From Eledone cirrhosa (taxonomy: Eukaryota), in the NCBI GenBank assembly GCA_964016885.1, contig OZ024750.1:37386001-37450000 (forward strand): a stretch of 64,000 nucleotides of DNA. Direction: 5' to 3'. This document shows, piece after piece, positions 40,301-55,300 of the stretch. Position 1 is the stretch's first letter; each line of letters opens with the position of its first letter. Below the pieces are notes generated by a model. It made no database searches. It was not told where the DNA came from and was given only the letters and a program-made list of their open reading frames with translations. A program made the translations under genes and the position numbers.

Positions 40301-43300
40301 ATACATTATGTTTCGACACGTTGAAAATTTTTTAAAAATACAAAATATATATGAATCATTTTACACAGTATTTGGAAAAAATATTTTTTTTCAAAAAAAT
40401 GTGTTTATACATTGTGTTTCGACACGTTGAAAAATATTTGAAAAATACAAAATATATATCAATTTTCGAAATTAGAAAGTATATATTTCGAAAGAAAAAA
40501 AATCAATCTTTTTTGAAAAAAAATTTTTCGAATTACTGTGTAAAATGATCAATTTGTGAAAAACCTAAATTAATAAATTTTTTTATAATTTTAGAAATAT
40601 TTACTTCTGATTTCTAACATTGATTTTTTTAGGTTTTACACAGTATTTGGAAAAAATGCGTTTATACATTATGTTTCGACACGTTGAAAAATTTTTTAAA
40701 AATACAAAATATATATCAATTTTCGAAATCAGAAAGTATATATTTCGAAATAAAAAAAATTAATCTTTTTTGAAATATAACAATTTTTCGAAATACTGTG
40801 TAAAATGATCAATTTGTGAAAAACCTAAAATAATCAATTTTTTATACTTTTCGAAATATTTACTTCTGATTTCTAAAATTGATTTTTTTAGGTTTTTCAC
40901 AAATTGATCATTTTACACAGTATTTGGAAAAAATGCATTGTTTCGACACGTTGAAAAATTTTTTAAAAATACAAAATATATATCAATTTTCGAAATCAGA
41001 AAGTATATATTTCGAAAGAAAAAAAATTAATCTTTTTTGAAAAAAAACAATTTTTCGAAATACTGTGTAAAATGATCAATTTGTGAAAAACATAAAATAA
41101 TCAATTTTTTTATACTTTTCGAAATATTTACTTCTGATTTCTAAAATTGATTTTTTTAGGTCTTTCACAAATTGATCATTTTACACAGTATTTGGAAAAA
41201 ATATTTTTTTTCAAAAAAATGTGTTTATACATTGTGTCTCGACACGTTGAAAAATATTTGAAAAATACAAAATATATATCAATTTTCGCAATCAGAAAGT
41301 ATATATTTCGAAAGAAAAAAAATCAATCTTTTTTGAAAAGAAATTTTTCGAAATACTGTGTAAAATGATCAATTTGTGAAAAATTTAAAATAATTAATTT
41401 TTTTATACTTTTCGAAATATTTACTTCTGATTTCTAAAATTGATTTTTTTAGGTTTTACACAAATTGATCATTTTACACAGTATTTAGAAAAAATGCATT
41501 GTTTCGACACGTTGAAAAATACAAAATATATATCAATTTTCGAAATCAGAAAGTATATATTTCGAAAGAAAAAAAATTAATCTTTTTTGAAAAAAAACAA
41601 TTTTTCGAAATACTGTGTAAAATGATCAATTTGTGAAAAACCTAAAATAATCCATTTTTTTATACTTTTCGAAATATTTACTTCTGATTTCTAAAATTGA
41701 TTTTTTTAGGTTTTTCACAAATTGATCATTTTACACAGTATTTGGAAAAAATGCATTGTTTCGACACGTTGAAAAATTTTTTAAAAATACAAAATATATA
41801 TCAATTTTCGAAATCAGAAAGTATATATTTCGAAAGAAAAAAAATTAATCTTTTTTGAAAAAAAACAATTTTTCGAAATACTGTGTAAAATGATCAATTT
41901 GTGAAAAACCTAAAATAATCAATTTTTTTATACTTTTCGAAATATTTACTTCTGATTTCTAAAATTGATTTTTTTAGGTTTTTCACAAATTGATCATTTT
42001 ACACAGTATTTGGAAAAAATGCATTGTTTCGACACGTTGAAAAATTTTTTAAAAATACAAAATATATATCAATTTTCGAAATCAGAAAGTATATTTCGAA
42101 AGAAAAAAAATCAATCTTTTTTGAAAAAAAACAATTTTTCGAAATACTTTGGAAAATGAGAGATTTGTGAAAAACCTAAAATAATCCATTTTTTTATACT
42201 TTTCGAAATATTTACTTCTGATTTCTAAAATTGATTTTTTTAGGTTTTTCACAAATTAATCATTTTACACAGTATTTGGAAAAAATGCATTGTTTCGACA
42301 CGTTGAAAAATTTTTTAAAAATACAAAATATATATCAATTTTCGAAATCAGAAAGTATATATTTCGAAAGAAAAAAAATTAATCTTTTTTGAAAAAAAAC
42401 AATTTTTCGAAATACTGTGTAAAATGATCAATTTGTGAAAAACCTAAAATAATCAATTTTTTTATACTTTTCGAAATATTTACTTCTGATTTCTAAAATT
42501 GATTTTTTTAGGTTTTTCACAAATTGATCATTTTACACAGTATTTGGAAAACATATTTTTTTTCAAAAGAATGCGTTTATAAATTGTGTTTCGACACGTT
42601 GAAAAATACAAAATATATATCAAAAAGTATATATATCGAAATCAGAAAGTATATATTTCGAAAGAAAAAAAATCAATCTTTTTTGAAAAGAAATTTTTCG
42701 AAATACTGTGTAAAATGATCAATTTGTGAAAAACCTAAAATAATCAATTTTTTTATACTTTTCGAAATATTTACTTCTGATTTCTAAAATTGATTTTTTT
42801 AGGTTTTACACAAATTGATCATTTTACACAGTATTTCGAAAAAATGCATTGTTTCGACACGTTGAAAAATACAAAATATATATCAATTTTCGAAATCAGA
42901 AAGTATATATTTCGAAAGAAAAAAAATTAATATTTTTTGAAAAAAAACAATTTTTCGAAATACTGTGTAAAATGATCAATTTGTGAAAAACCTAAAATAA
43001 TCCATTTTTTTATACTTTTCGAAATATTTACTTCTGATTTCTAAAATTGATTTTTTTAGGTCTTTCACAAATTGATCATTTTACACAGTATTTGGAAAAA
43101 ATATTTTTTTTCAAAAGAATGCGGTTATAAATTGTGTTTCGACACGTTGAAAAATACAAAATATATATCAAAAAGTATATATATCGAAATCAGAAAGTAT
43201 ATATTTCGAAAGAAAAAAAATCAATCTTTTTTGAAAAGAAATTTTTCGAAATACTGTGTAAAATGAGCAATTTGTGAAAAACCTAAAATAATCAATTCGT

Positions 43301-43339
43301 TTATACTTTTCGAAATATTTACTTCTGATTTCTAAAATT

Positions 43340-46300
43340 GATTTTTTTAGGTTTTTCACAAATTGAGCATTTTACACAGTATTTGGAAAAATTGTTTTTT
43401 TTCAAAAAAATGTGTTTATACATTGTGTTTCGACACGTTGAAAAATATTTGAAAAATACAAAATATATATCAATTTTCGAAATAAGAAAGTATATATTTC
43501 GAAAGAAAAAAAATCAATCTTTTTTGAAAAAAAACAATTTTTCGAAATACTGTGTAAAATGATCAATTTGTGAAAAACCTAAAATAATCAATTTTTTTAT
43601 ACTTTTCGAAATATTTACTTCTGATTTCTAAAATTGATTTTTTTAGGTTTTACACAGTATTTGGAAAAAAGGCGTTTATACATTGTTTCGACACGTTGAA
43701 AAATTTTTTAAAAATACAAAATATATATCAATTTTCGAAATCAGAAAGTATATATTTCGAAAGAAAAAAAATCAATCTTTTTTGAAAAAAAACAATTTTT
43801 CGAAATACTGTGTAAAATGATCAATTTGTGAAAAACCTAAAATAATCAATTTTTTTATACCTTTCGAAATATTTACTTCTGATTTCTAAAATTGATTTTT
43901 TTTAGGTTTTTCACAAATTGATCATTTTACACAGTATTTGGAAAAAATATTTTTTTTCAAAAAAATGTGTTTATACATTGTTTCGACACGTTGAAAAATA
44001 TTTGAAAAATACAAAATATATATCAATTTTCGAAATCAGAAAGTATATATTTCGAAAGAAAAAAAATCAATCTTTTTTGAAAAAAAATTTTTCGAATTAC
44101 TGTGTAAAATGATCAATTTGTGAAAAACCTAAAATAATCAATTTTTTTATACCTTTCGAAATATTTACTTCTGATTTCTAAAATTGATTTTTTTTAGGTT
44201 TTTCACAAATTGATCATTTTACACAGTATTTGGAAAAAATGCGTTATGTTTCGACACGTTGAAAAACTTTTGAAAAATTCAAAATATATATCAATTTTCG
44301 AAATCAGAAAGTATTTATTTCAAAAGAAATAATATCAATCTTTTTTGAAAAAAAACAATCTTTCGAAATACTGTGTAACATGATCAATTTGTGAAAAACC
44401 TAAATTAATAAATTTTTTTATAATTTTAGAAATATTTACTTCTGATTTCTAACATTGATTTTTTTAGGTTTTACACAGTATTTGGAAAAAATGCGTCTAT
44501 ACATTATGTTTCGACACGTTGAAAAATTTTTTAAAAATACAAAATATATATCAATTTTCGAAATCAGAAAGTATATATTTCGAAAGAAAAAAAATTAATC
44601 TTTTTTGAAAAAAAACAATTTTTCGAAATACTGTGTAAAATGATCAATTTGTGAAAAACCTAAAATAATCCATTTTTTTATACTTTTCGAAATATTTACT
44701 TCTGATTTCTAAAATTGATTTTTTTAGGTCTTTCACAAATTGATCATTTTACACAGTATTTGGAAAAAATGCAGTTTCGACACGTTGAAAAATTTTTTAA
44801 AAATACAAAATATATATCAATTTTCGAAATCAGAAAGTATATTTCGAATGAAAAAAAATCAATCTTTTTGAAAAAAAACAATTTTTCGAAATACTTTGTA
44901 AAATGATAGATTTGTGAAAAACCTAAAATAATCCATTTTTTTTATACTTTTCGAAATATTTACTTCTGATTTCTAAAATTGATTTTTTTAGGTTTTTCAC
45001 AAATTGATCATTTTACACAGTATTTGGAAAAAATATTTTTTTTCAAAAGAATGCGTTTATAAATTGTGTTTCTACACGTTGAAAAATACAAAATATATAT
45101 CAAAAAGTATATATATCGAAATCAGAAAGTATATATTTCGAAAGAAATAAAATCAATCCTTTTTGAAAAAAAACAATTTTTCGAAATACTGTGTAAAATG
45201 ATCAATTTGTGAAAAACATAAAATAATCAATTTTTTTATACTTTTCGAAATATTTACTTCTGATTTCTAAAATTGATTTTTTTAGGTTTTTCACAAATTG
45301 ATCATTTTACACAGTATTTGGAAAAAATGCGTTATGTTTCGACACGTTGAAAAACTTTTGAAAAATTCAAAATATATATCAATTTTCGAAATCAGAAAGT
45401 ATATATTTCGAAAGAAATAAAATCAATCTTTTTTGAAAAAAAACAATTTTTCGAAATACTGTGTAACATGATCAATTTGTGAAAAACCTAAAATAATAAA
45501 TTTTTTTATACTTTTAGAAATATTTATTTCTGATTTCTAACATTGATTTTTTTAGGTTTTACACAGTATTTGGAAAAAATGCGTTTATACATTATGTTTC
45601 GGCACGTTGAAAAATATTTGAAAAATACAAAATATATATCAATTTTCGAAATCAGAAAGTATATATTTCGAAAGAAAAAAAATCAATCTTTTTTGAAAAA
45701 AAAAAATTTTTCGAAATACTGTGTAAAATGATCAATTTGTGAAAAACCTAAAATAATCAATTTTTTTATACTTTTCGAAATATTTACTTCTGATTTCTAA
45801 AATTGATTTTTTTAGGTTTTTCACAAATTGATCATTTTACACTATTTGGAAAAAATATTTTTTTTCAAAAAAATGCGTTTATACATTGTGTTTCGACACG
45901 TTGAAAAATACAATATATATATCAATTTTCGAAATCAGAAAGTATATATTTCGAAAGAAAAAAAATCAATCTTTTTTGAAAAAAAACAATTTTTCGAAAT
46001 ACTGTGTAAAATGATCAATTGGTGAAAAACCTAAAATAATCAATTTTTTTATACTTTTCGAAATATTTACTTCTGATTTCTAAAATTGATTTTTTTAGGT
46101 TTTTCACAAATTGATAATTTTACACTATTTTAAAAAAATATTTTTTTTCAAAAAAATGCGTTTATACATTGTGTTTCGACACGTTGAAAAATACAATTTA
46201 TATATCAATTTTCGAAATCAGAAAGTATATATTTCGAAAGAAAAAAAATCAATCTTTTTTGAAAAAAAACAATTTTTCGAAATACTGTGTAAAATGATCA

Positions 46301-49300
46301 ATTGGTGAAAGACCTAAAATAATCAATTTTTTTATACTTTTCGAAATATTTACTTCTGATTTCTAAAATTGATTTTTTTTAGGTTTTTCACAAATTGATC
46401 ATTTTACACAGTATTTGGAAAAATTGCGTTTATACATTGTTTCGACACGTTGAAAAATTTTTTAAAAATACAAAATATATATCAATTTTCGAAATCAGAA
46501 ATTATATATTTCGAAAGAGAAAAAATCAATCTTTTTTGAAAAAAAACAATTATTCGAAATACTGTGTAAAATGATCAATTTGTGAAAAACCTAAAATAAT
46601 CAATTTTTTTATACTTTTCGAAATACTTACTTCGGATTTCTAAAATTGATTTTTTTAGGTTTTACACAGTATTTGGAAAAAAGGCGTTTATACATTGTTT
46701 CGACACGTTGAAAAATTTTTTAAAAATACAAAATATATATCAATTTTCGAAATCAGAAAGTATATATTTCGAAAGAAAAAAAATCAATCTTTTTTGAAAA
46801 AAAACAATTTTTCGAAATACTGTGTAAAGTGATCAATTTGTGAAAAACCTAAAATAATCAATTTTTTTATACTTTTCGAAATATTTACTTCTGATTTCTA
46901 AAATTGATTTTTTTAGGTCTTTCACAAATTGATCATTTTACACAGTATTTGGAAAAAATATTTTTTTTCAAAAAAATGTGTTTATACATTGTGTTTTGAC
47001 ACGTTGAAAAATATTTGAATAATACAAAATATATATCAATTTTCGCAATCAGAAAGTATATATTTCGAAAGAAAAAAAATCAATCTTTTTTGAAAAGAAA
47101 TTTTTCGAAATACTGTGTAAAATGATCAATTTGTGAAAAACCTAAAATAATCAATTTTTTTATACTTTTCGAAATATTTACTTCTGATTTCTAAAATTGA
47201 TTTTTTTAGGTTTTACACAGTATTTGGAAAAAAGGCGTTTATACATTTAGTTTCGACACGTTGAAAAATACAAAATATATATCAATTTTCGAAATCAGAA
47301 AGTATATATTTCGAAAGAAAAAAAATTAATCTTTTTTGAAAAAAAACAATTTTTCGAAATACTGTGTAAAATGATCAATTTGTGAAAAACCTAAAATAAT
47401 CAATTTTTTTATACTTTTCGAAATATTTACTTCTGATTTCTAAAATTGATTTTTTTAGGTTTTTCACAAATTGATCATTTTACACAGTATTTGGAAAAAA
47501 TGCATTGTTTCGACACGTTGAAAAATTTTTTAAAAATACAAAATATATATCAATTTTCGAAATCAGAAACTATATTTCGAAAGAAAAAAAATCAATCTTT
47601 TTTGAAAAAAAACAATTTTTCGAAATACTTTGTAAAATGATAGATTTGTGAAAAACCTAAAATAATCCATTTTTTTATACTTTTCGAAATATTTAATTCT
47701 GATTTCTAAAATTGATTTTTTTAGGTTTTTCACAAATTGATCATTTTACACAGTATTTGGAAAAAATATTTTTTTTCAAAAGAATGCGGTTATAAATTGT
47801 GTTTCGACACGTTGAAAAATACAAAATATATATCAAAAAGTATATATATCGAAATCAGAAAGTATATATTTCGAAAGAAATAAAATCAATCCTTTTTGAA
47901 ATATAACAATTTTTCGAAATACTGTGTAAAATGATCAATTTGTGAAAAACCTAAAATAATCAATTCGTTTATACTTTTCGAAATATTTACTTCTGATTTC
48001 TAAAATTGATTTCTTTAGGTTTTTCACAAATTGATCATTTTACACAGTATTTGGAAAAAATATTTTTTTTCAAAAAAATGTGTTTATACATTGTGTTTCG
48101 ACACGTTGAAAAATATTTGAAAAATACAAAATATATATCAATTTTCGAAATAAGAAAGTATATATTTCGAAAGAAAAAAATCAATCTTTTTTGAAAAAAA
48201 ACAATTTTTCGAAATACTGTGTAAAATGATCAATTTGTGAAAAACCTAAAATAATCAATTTATTTATACTTTTCGAAATATTTACTTCTGATTTCTAAAA
48301 TTGATTTTTTTAGGTTTTACACAGTATTTGGAAAAAAGGCGTTTATACATTGTTTCGACACGTTGAAAAATTTTTTAAAAATACAAAATATATATCAATT
48401 TTTGAAATCAGAAAGTATGTATTTCGAAAGAAAAAAAATCAATCTTTTTTGAAAAAAAACAATTTTTCCAAATACTGTGTAAAGTGATCAATTTGTGAAA
48501 AACCTAAAATAATCAATTTTTTTATACTATTCGAAATATTTACTTCTGATTTCTAAAATTGATTTTTTTAGGTTTTTCACAAATTGATCATTTTACACAG
48601 TATTTGGAAAAAATGCATTGTTTCGACACGTTGAAAAATTTTTTAAAAATACAAAATATATATCAATTTTCGAAATCAGAAACTATATTTCGAAAGAAAA
48701 AAAATCAATCTTTTTTGAAAAAAAACAATTTTTCGAAATACTTTGTAAAATGATAGATTTGTGAAAAACCTAAAATAATCCATTTTTTTATACTTTTCGA
48801 AATATTTACTTCTGATTTCTAAAATTGATTTTTTTAGGTTTTTCACAAATTGATCATTTTACACAGTATTTGGAAAAAATATTTTTTTTCAAAAGAATGC
48901 GGTTATAAATTGTGTTTCGACACGTTGAAAAATACAAAATATATATCAAAAAGTATATATATCGAAATCAGAAAGTATATATTTCGAAAGAAATAAAATC
49001 AATCCTTTTTGAAATATAACAATTTTTCGAAATACTGTGTAAAATGATCAATTTGTGAAAAACCTAAAATAATCAATTTTTATATACTTTTCGAAATATT
49101 TACTTCTGATTTCTAAAATTGATTTTTTTAGGTTTTTCACAAATTGATCATTTTACACAGTATTTGGAAAAAATGTTTTCTTTCAAAAAAATGCGTTTAT
49201 ACATTGTGTTTCGACACGTTGAAAAATATTTGAAAAATACAAAATATATATCAATTTTCGAAATAAGAAAGTATATATTTCGATAGAAAAAAAAATCAAT

Positions 49301-52300
49301 CTTTTTTGAAAAAAAACAATTATTCGAAATACTGTGTAAAATAATCAATTTGTGAAAAACCTAAAATAATCAATTCGTTTATACTTTTCGAAATACTTAC
49401 TTCTGATTTCTAAAATTGATTTTTTTAGGTTTTTCACAAATTGATCATTTTACACAGTATTTGGAAAAAATTTTTTTTTTCAAAAAAATGCGTTTATACA
49501 TTGTGCTTCGACACGTTGAAAAATATTAAATATATATCAATTTTCGAAATCAGAAAGTATGTATTTCGAAAGAAAAAAAATCAATCTTTTTTGAAAAAAA
49601 ACCATTTTTCGAAATACTGTGTAAAGTGATCAATTTGTGAAAAACCTAAAATAATCAATTTTTTTATACTTTTCGAAATATTTACTTCTGATTTCTAAAA
49701 TTGATTTTTTTAGGTTTTTCACAAATTGATCATTTTACACAGTATTTGGAAAAAATATTTTTTTTCAAAAAAATGTGTTTATACATTGTGTTTCGACACG
49801 TTGAAAAATATTTGAAAAATTAAAAATATATATCAATTTTCGAAATCAGAAAGTATATATTTCGAAAGAAAAAAATCAATCTCTTTTAAAAAAAAACAAT
49901 TTTTCGAAATACTGTGTAAAATGATCAATTTGTGAAAAACCTAAAATAATCAATTTTTTTATACTTTTCGAAATATTTACTTCTGATTTCTAAAATTGAT
50001 TTTTTTAGGTTTTTCACAAATTGATCATTTTACACTATTTGGAAAAAATATTTTTTTTCAAAAAAATGCGTTTATACATTGTGTTTCGACACGTTGAAAA
50101 ATACAATATATATATCAATTTTCGAAATCAGAAAGTATATATTTCGAAAGAAAAAAAATCAATCTTTTTTGAAAAAAAACAATTTTTCGAAATACTGTGT
50201 AAAATGATCAATTTGTGAAAAACCTAAAATAATCAATTTTTTTATACTTTTCGAAATATTTACTTCTGATTTCTAAAATTGATTTTTTTAGGTTTTTCAC
50301 AAATTGATAATTTTACACTATTTGGAAAAAATATTTTTTTTCAAAAAAATGCGTTTATACATTGTGTTTCGACACGTTGAAAAATACAATTTATATATCA
50401 ATTTTCGAAATCAGAAAGTATATATTTCGAAAGAAAAAAAATCAATCTTTTTTGAAAAAAAACAATTTTTCGAAATACTGTGTAAAATGATCAATTTGTG
50501 AAAAACCTAAAATAATCAATTTTTTTATACTTTTCGAAATATTTACTTCTGATTTCTAAAATTGATTTTTTTTAGGTTTTTCACAAACTGATCATTTTAC
50601 ACAGTATTTGGAAAAAAGGCGTTTATACATTGTTTCGACACGTTGAAAAATTTTTTAAAAATACAAAATATATATCAATTTTCGAAATCAGAAAGTATGT
50701 ATTTCGAAAAAAAAAAATCAATCTTTTTTGAAAAAAAACAATTTTTCGAAATACTGTAAAATGATCAATTTGTGAAAAACCTAAAATAATCAATTCGTTT
50801 ATACTTTTCGAAATATTTACTTCTGATTTCTAAAATTGATTTTTTTAGGTTTTTCACAGTATTTCGAAAAATTGTTTATTTTCAAAAAAATGCGTTCATA
50901 CATTGTTTCGACACGTTGAAAAATATTTGAAAAATTAAAAATATATATCAATTTTCGAAATCAGAAAGTATATATTTCGAAAGAAAAAAAATCAATCTTT
51001 TTTGAAAAAAAACAATTTTTCGAAATACTGTGTAAAATGATCAATTTGTGAAAAATCTAAAATAATCAATTTTTTTATAGTTTTCGAAATTTACTTTCTG
51101 ATTTCTAAAATTGATTTTTTTAGGTTTTTCACAAATTGATCATTTTACACAGTATTTCGAAAAATCGTTTTTTTTAAAAAAAAATGCGTTTATACATTGT
51201 GTTTCGACACGTTGAAAAATATTTGAAAAATACAAAATATATATCAATTTTCGAAATAAGAAAGTATATATTTCGAAAGAAAAAAAAATCAATCTTTTTT
51301 GAAAAAAAAACAATTATTCGAAATACTGTGTAAAATGATCAATTTGTGAAAAACCTAAAATAATCAATTCGTTTATACTTTTCGAAATATTTACTTCTGA
51401 TTTCTAAAATTGATTTTTTTAGGTTTTTCACAAATTGATCATTTTACACAGTATTTCGAAAAATTGTTTTTTTTCAAAAAAATGCGTTTGTACATTGTGT
51501 TTCGACACGTTGAAAAATATTTTAAAAATACAAAATATATATCAATTTTCGAAATCAGAAAGTATATATTTTGAAAGACATATAATCAATCTTTTTTGAA
51601 AAAAAACAATTTTTCGAAATACTGTGTAACATGATCAATTTGTGAAAAACCTAAAATAATCAATTTTTTTATACTTTTCGAAATATTTACTTCTGATTTC
51701 TAAAATTGATTTTTTTAGGTTTTTCACAAATTGATCATTTTACACAGTATTTCGAAAAATTGTTTTTTTTCAAAAAATTGCGTTTGTACATTGTGTTTCG
51801 ACACGTTGAAAAATATTTGAAAAATTAAAAATATATATCAATTTTCGAAATCAGAAAGTATATATTTCGAAAGAAAAAAAAACAATTATACGAAATACTG
51901 TGTAAAATGATCAATCTGTGAAAAACCTAAAATAATCAATTTTTTTATACTTTTCGAAATATTTACTTCGTATTTCTAAAATTGATTTTTTTAGGTTTTA
52001 CACAGTATTTGGAAAAATATACATTGTTTCGACACGTTGAAAAATTTTTTAAAAATACAAAATATATATCAATTTTCGAAATCAGAAAGTATATATTTCG
52101 AAAGAAAAAAAATCAATCTTTTTTGAAAAAAAACAATTATTCGAAATACTGTGTAAAATGATCAATTTGTGAAAAACCTAAAATAATCAATTTTTTTATA
52201 CTTTTCGAAATATTTACTTTGGATTTCTAAAATTGATTTTTTTTAGGTTTTACACAGTATTTGGAAAAAAGGCGTTTATACATTGTTTCGACACGTTGAA

Positions 52301-55300
52301 AAATTTTTTAAAAATACAAAATATATATCAATTTTCGAAATCACAAAGTATATATTTCGAAAGAAAAAAATCAATCTTTTTTGAAAAAAAACAATTATTC
52401 GAAATACTGTGTAAAATGATCAATTTGTGAAAAACCTAAAATAATCAATTCGTTTATACTTTTCGAAATATTTACTTCTGATTTCTAAAATTGATTTTTT
52501 TTAGGTTTTTCACAAATTGATCATTTTACACAGTATTTCGAAAAATCGTTTTTCTTTCAAAAAAATGCGTTTATACATTGTGTTTCGACACGTTGAAAAA
52601 TATTTGAAAAATACAAAATATATATCAATTTTCGAAATCAGAAAGTATATATTTCGAAAAAAAAAAATCAATCTTTTTTCAAAAAAACAATTTTTCGAAA
52701 TACTGTGTAAAATGATCAATTTGTGAAAAACATAAAATAATCAATTTTTTTATACTTTTCGAAATATTTACTTCTAATTTCTAAAATTGATTTTTTTAGG
52801 TTTTTCACAAATTGATCATTTTACACTATTTGGAAAAAATATTTTTTTTCAAAAGAATGCGTTTATACATTGTGTTTCGACACGTTGAAAAATACAAAAT
52901 ATATATCAATTTTCGAAATCAGAAAGTATATATTTCGAAAGAAAAAAAATCAATCTTTTTTGAAAAAAAACAATTTTTCGAAATACTGTGTAAAATGATC
53001 AATTTGTGAAAAACCTAAAATAATCAATTCGTTTATACTTTTCGAAATATTTACTTCTGATTTCTAAAATTGATTTTTTTAGGTTTTTCACAAATTGATC
53101 ATTTTACACAGTATTTCGAAAAATTGTTTTTTTTTAAAAAAATGCGTTTATACATCGTGTTTCGACACGTTGAAAAGTATTTGAAAAATTAAAAATATAT
53201 ATCAATTTTCGAAATCAGAAAGTATATATTTCGAAAGAAAAAAATTCAATCTTTTTTGAAAAAAAACAATTTTTCGAAATACTGTGTAAAATGATCAATT
53301 TGTGAAAAACCTAAAATAATCAATTTTTATATACTTTTCGAAATATTTACTTCTGATTTCTAAAATTGATTTTTTTAGGTTTTTCACAAATTGATCACTT
53401 TACATAGTATTTGGAAAAATTGCGTTTATACATTGTTCCGACACGTTGAAAAATTTTTTAAAAATACAAAATATATATCAATTTTCGAAATCAGAAAGTA
53501 TGTATTTCGAAAAAAAAAAATCAATCTTTTTTGAAAAAAAACAATTTTTCGAAATACTGTAAAATGATCAATTTGTGAAAAACCTAAAATAATCAATTCG
53601 TTTATACTTTTCGAAATATTTACTTCTGATTTCTAAAATTGATTTTTTTAGGTTTTTCACAGTATTTCGAAAAATTGTTTATTTTCAAAAAAATGCGTTC
53701 ATACATTGTTTCGACACGTTGAAAAATATTTGAAAAATTAAAAATATATATCAATTTTCGAAATCAGAAAGTATATATTTCGAAAGAAAAAAAAACAATT
53801 ATACGAAATACTGTGTAAAATGATCAATCTGTGAAAAACCTAAAATAATCAATTTTTTTATACTTTTCGAAATATTTACTTCGTATTTCTAAAATTGATT
53901 TTTTTAGGTTTTACACAGTATTTGGAAAAATATACATTGTTTCGACACGTTGAAAAATTTTTTAAAAATACAAAATATATATCAATTTTCGAAATCAGAA
54001 AGTATATATTTCGAAAGAAAAAAAATCAATCTTTTTTGAAAAAAAACAATTATACGAAATACTGTGTAAAATGATCAATTTGTGAAAAACCTAAAATAAT
54101 CAATTTTTATATACTTTTCGAAATATTTACTTCTGATTTCTAAAATTGATTTTTTTAGGTTTTTCACAAATTGATCATTTTACACAGTATTTGGAAAAAA
54201 TGTTTTCTTTCAAAAAAATGCGTTTATACATTGTGTTTCGACACGTTGAAAAATATTTGAAAAATACAAAATATATATCAATTTTCGAAATAAGAAAGTA
54301 TATATTTCGATAGAAAAAAAAATCAATCTTTTTTGAAAAAAAACAATTATTCGAAATACTGTGTAAAATAATCAATTTGTGAAAAACTTAAAATAATCAA
54401 TTCGTTTATACTTTTCGAAATATTTACTTCTGATTTCTAAAATTGATTTTTTTAGGTTTTTCACAAATTGATCATTTTACTCAGTATTTGGAAAAAATTT
54501 TTTTTTTCAAAAAAATGCGTTTATACATTGTGCTTCGACACGTTGAAAAATATTAAATATATATCAATTTTCGAAATCAGAAAGTATGTATTTCGAAAGA
54601 AAAAAAATCAATCTTTTTTGAAAAAAAACCATTTTTCGAAATACTGTGTAAAGTGATCATTTTGTGAAAAACCTAAAATAATCAATTTTTTTATACTTTT
54701 CGAAATATTTACTTCTGATTTCTAAAATTGATTTTTTTAGGTTTTTCACAAATTGATCATTTTACACAGTATTTGGAAAAAATATTTTTTTTCAAAAAAA
54801 TGTGTTTATACATTGTGTTTCGATACGTTGAAAAATATTTGAAAAATTAAAAATATATATCAATTTTCGAAATCAGAAAGTATATATTTCGAAAGAAAAA
54901 AATCAATCTCTTTTAAAAAAAAACAATTTTTCGAAATACTGTGTAAAATGATCAATTTGTGAAAAACCTAAAATAATCAATTTTTTTATACTTTTCGAAA
55001 TATTTACTTCTGATTTCTAAAATTGATTTTTTTAGGTTTTTCACAAATTGATCATTTTACACTATTTGGAAAAAATATTTTTTTTCAAAAAAATGCGTTT
55101 ATACATTGTGTTTCGACACGTTGAAAAATACAATATATATATCAATTTTCGAAATCAGAAAGTATATATTTCGAAAGAAAAAAAATCAATCTTTTTTGAA
55201 AAAAAACAATTTTTCGAAATACTGTGTAAAATGATCAATTTGTGAAAAACCTAAAATAATCAATTTTTTTATACTTTTCGAAATATTTACTTCTGATTTC

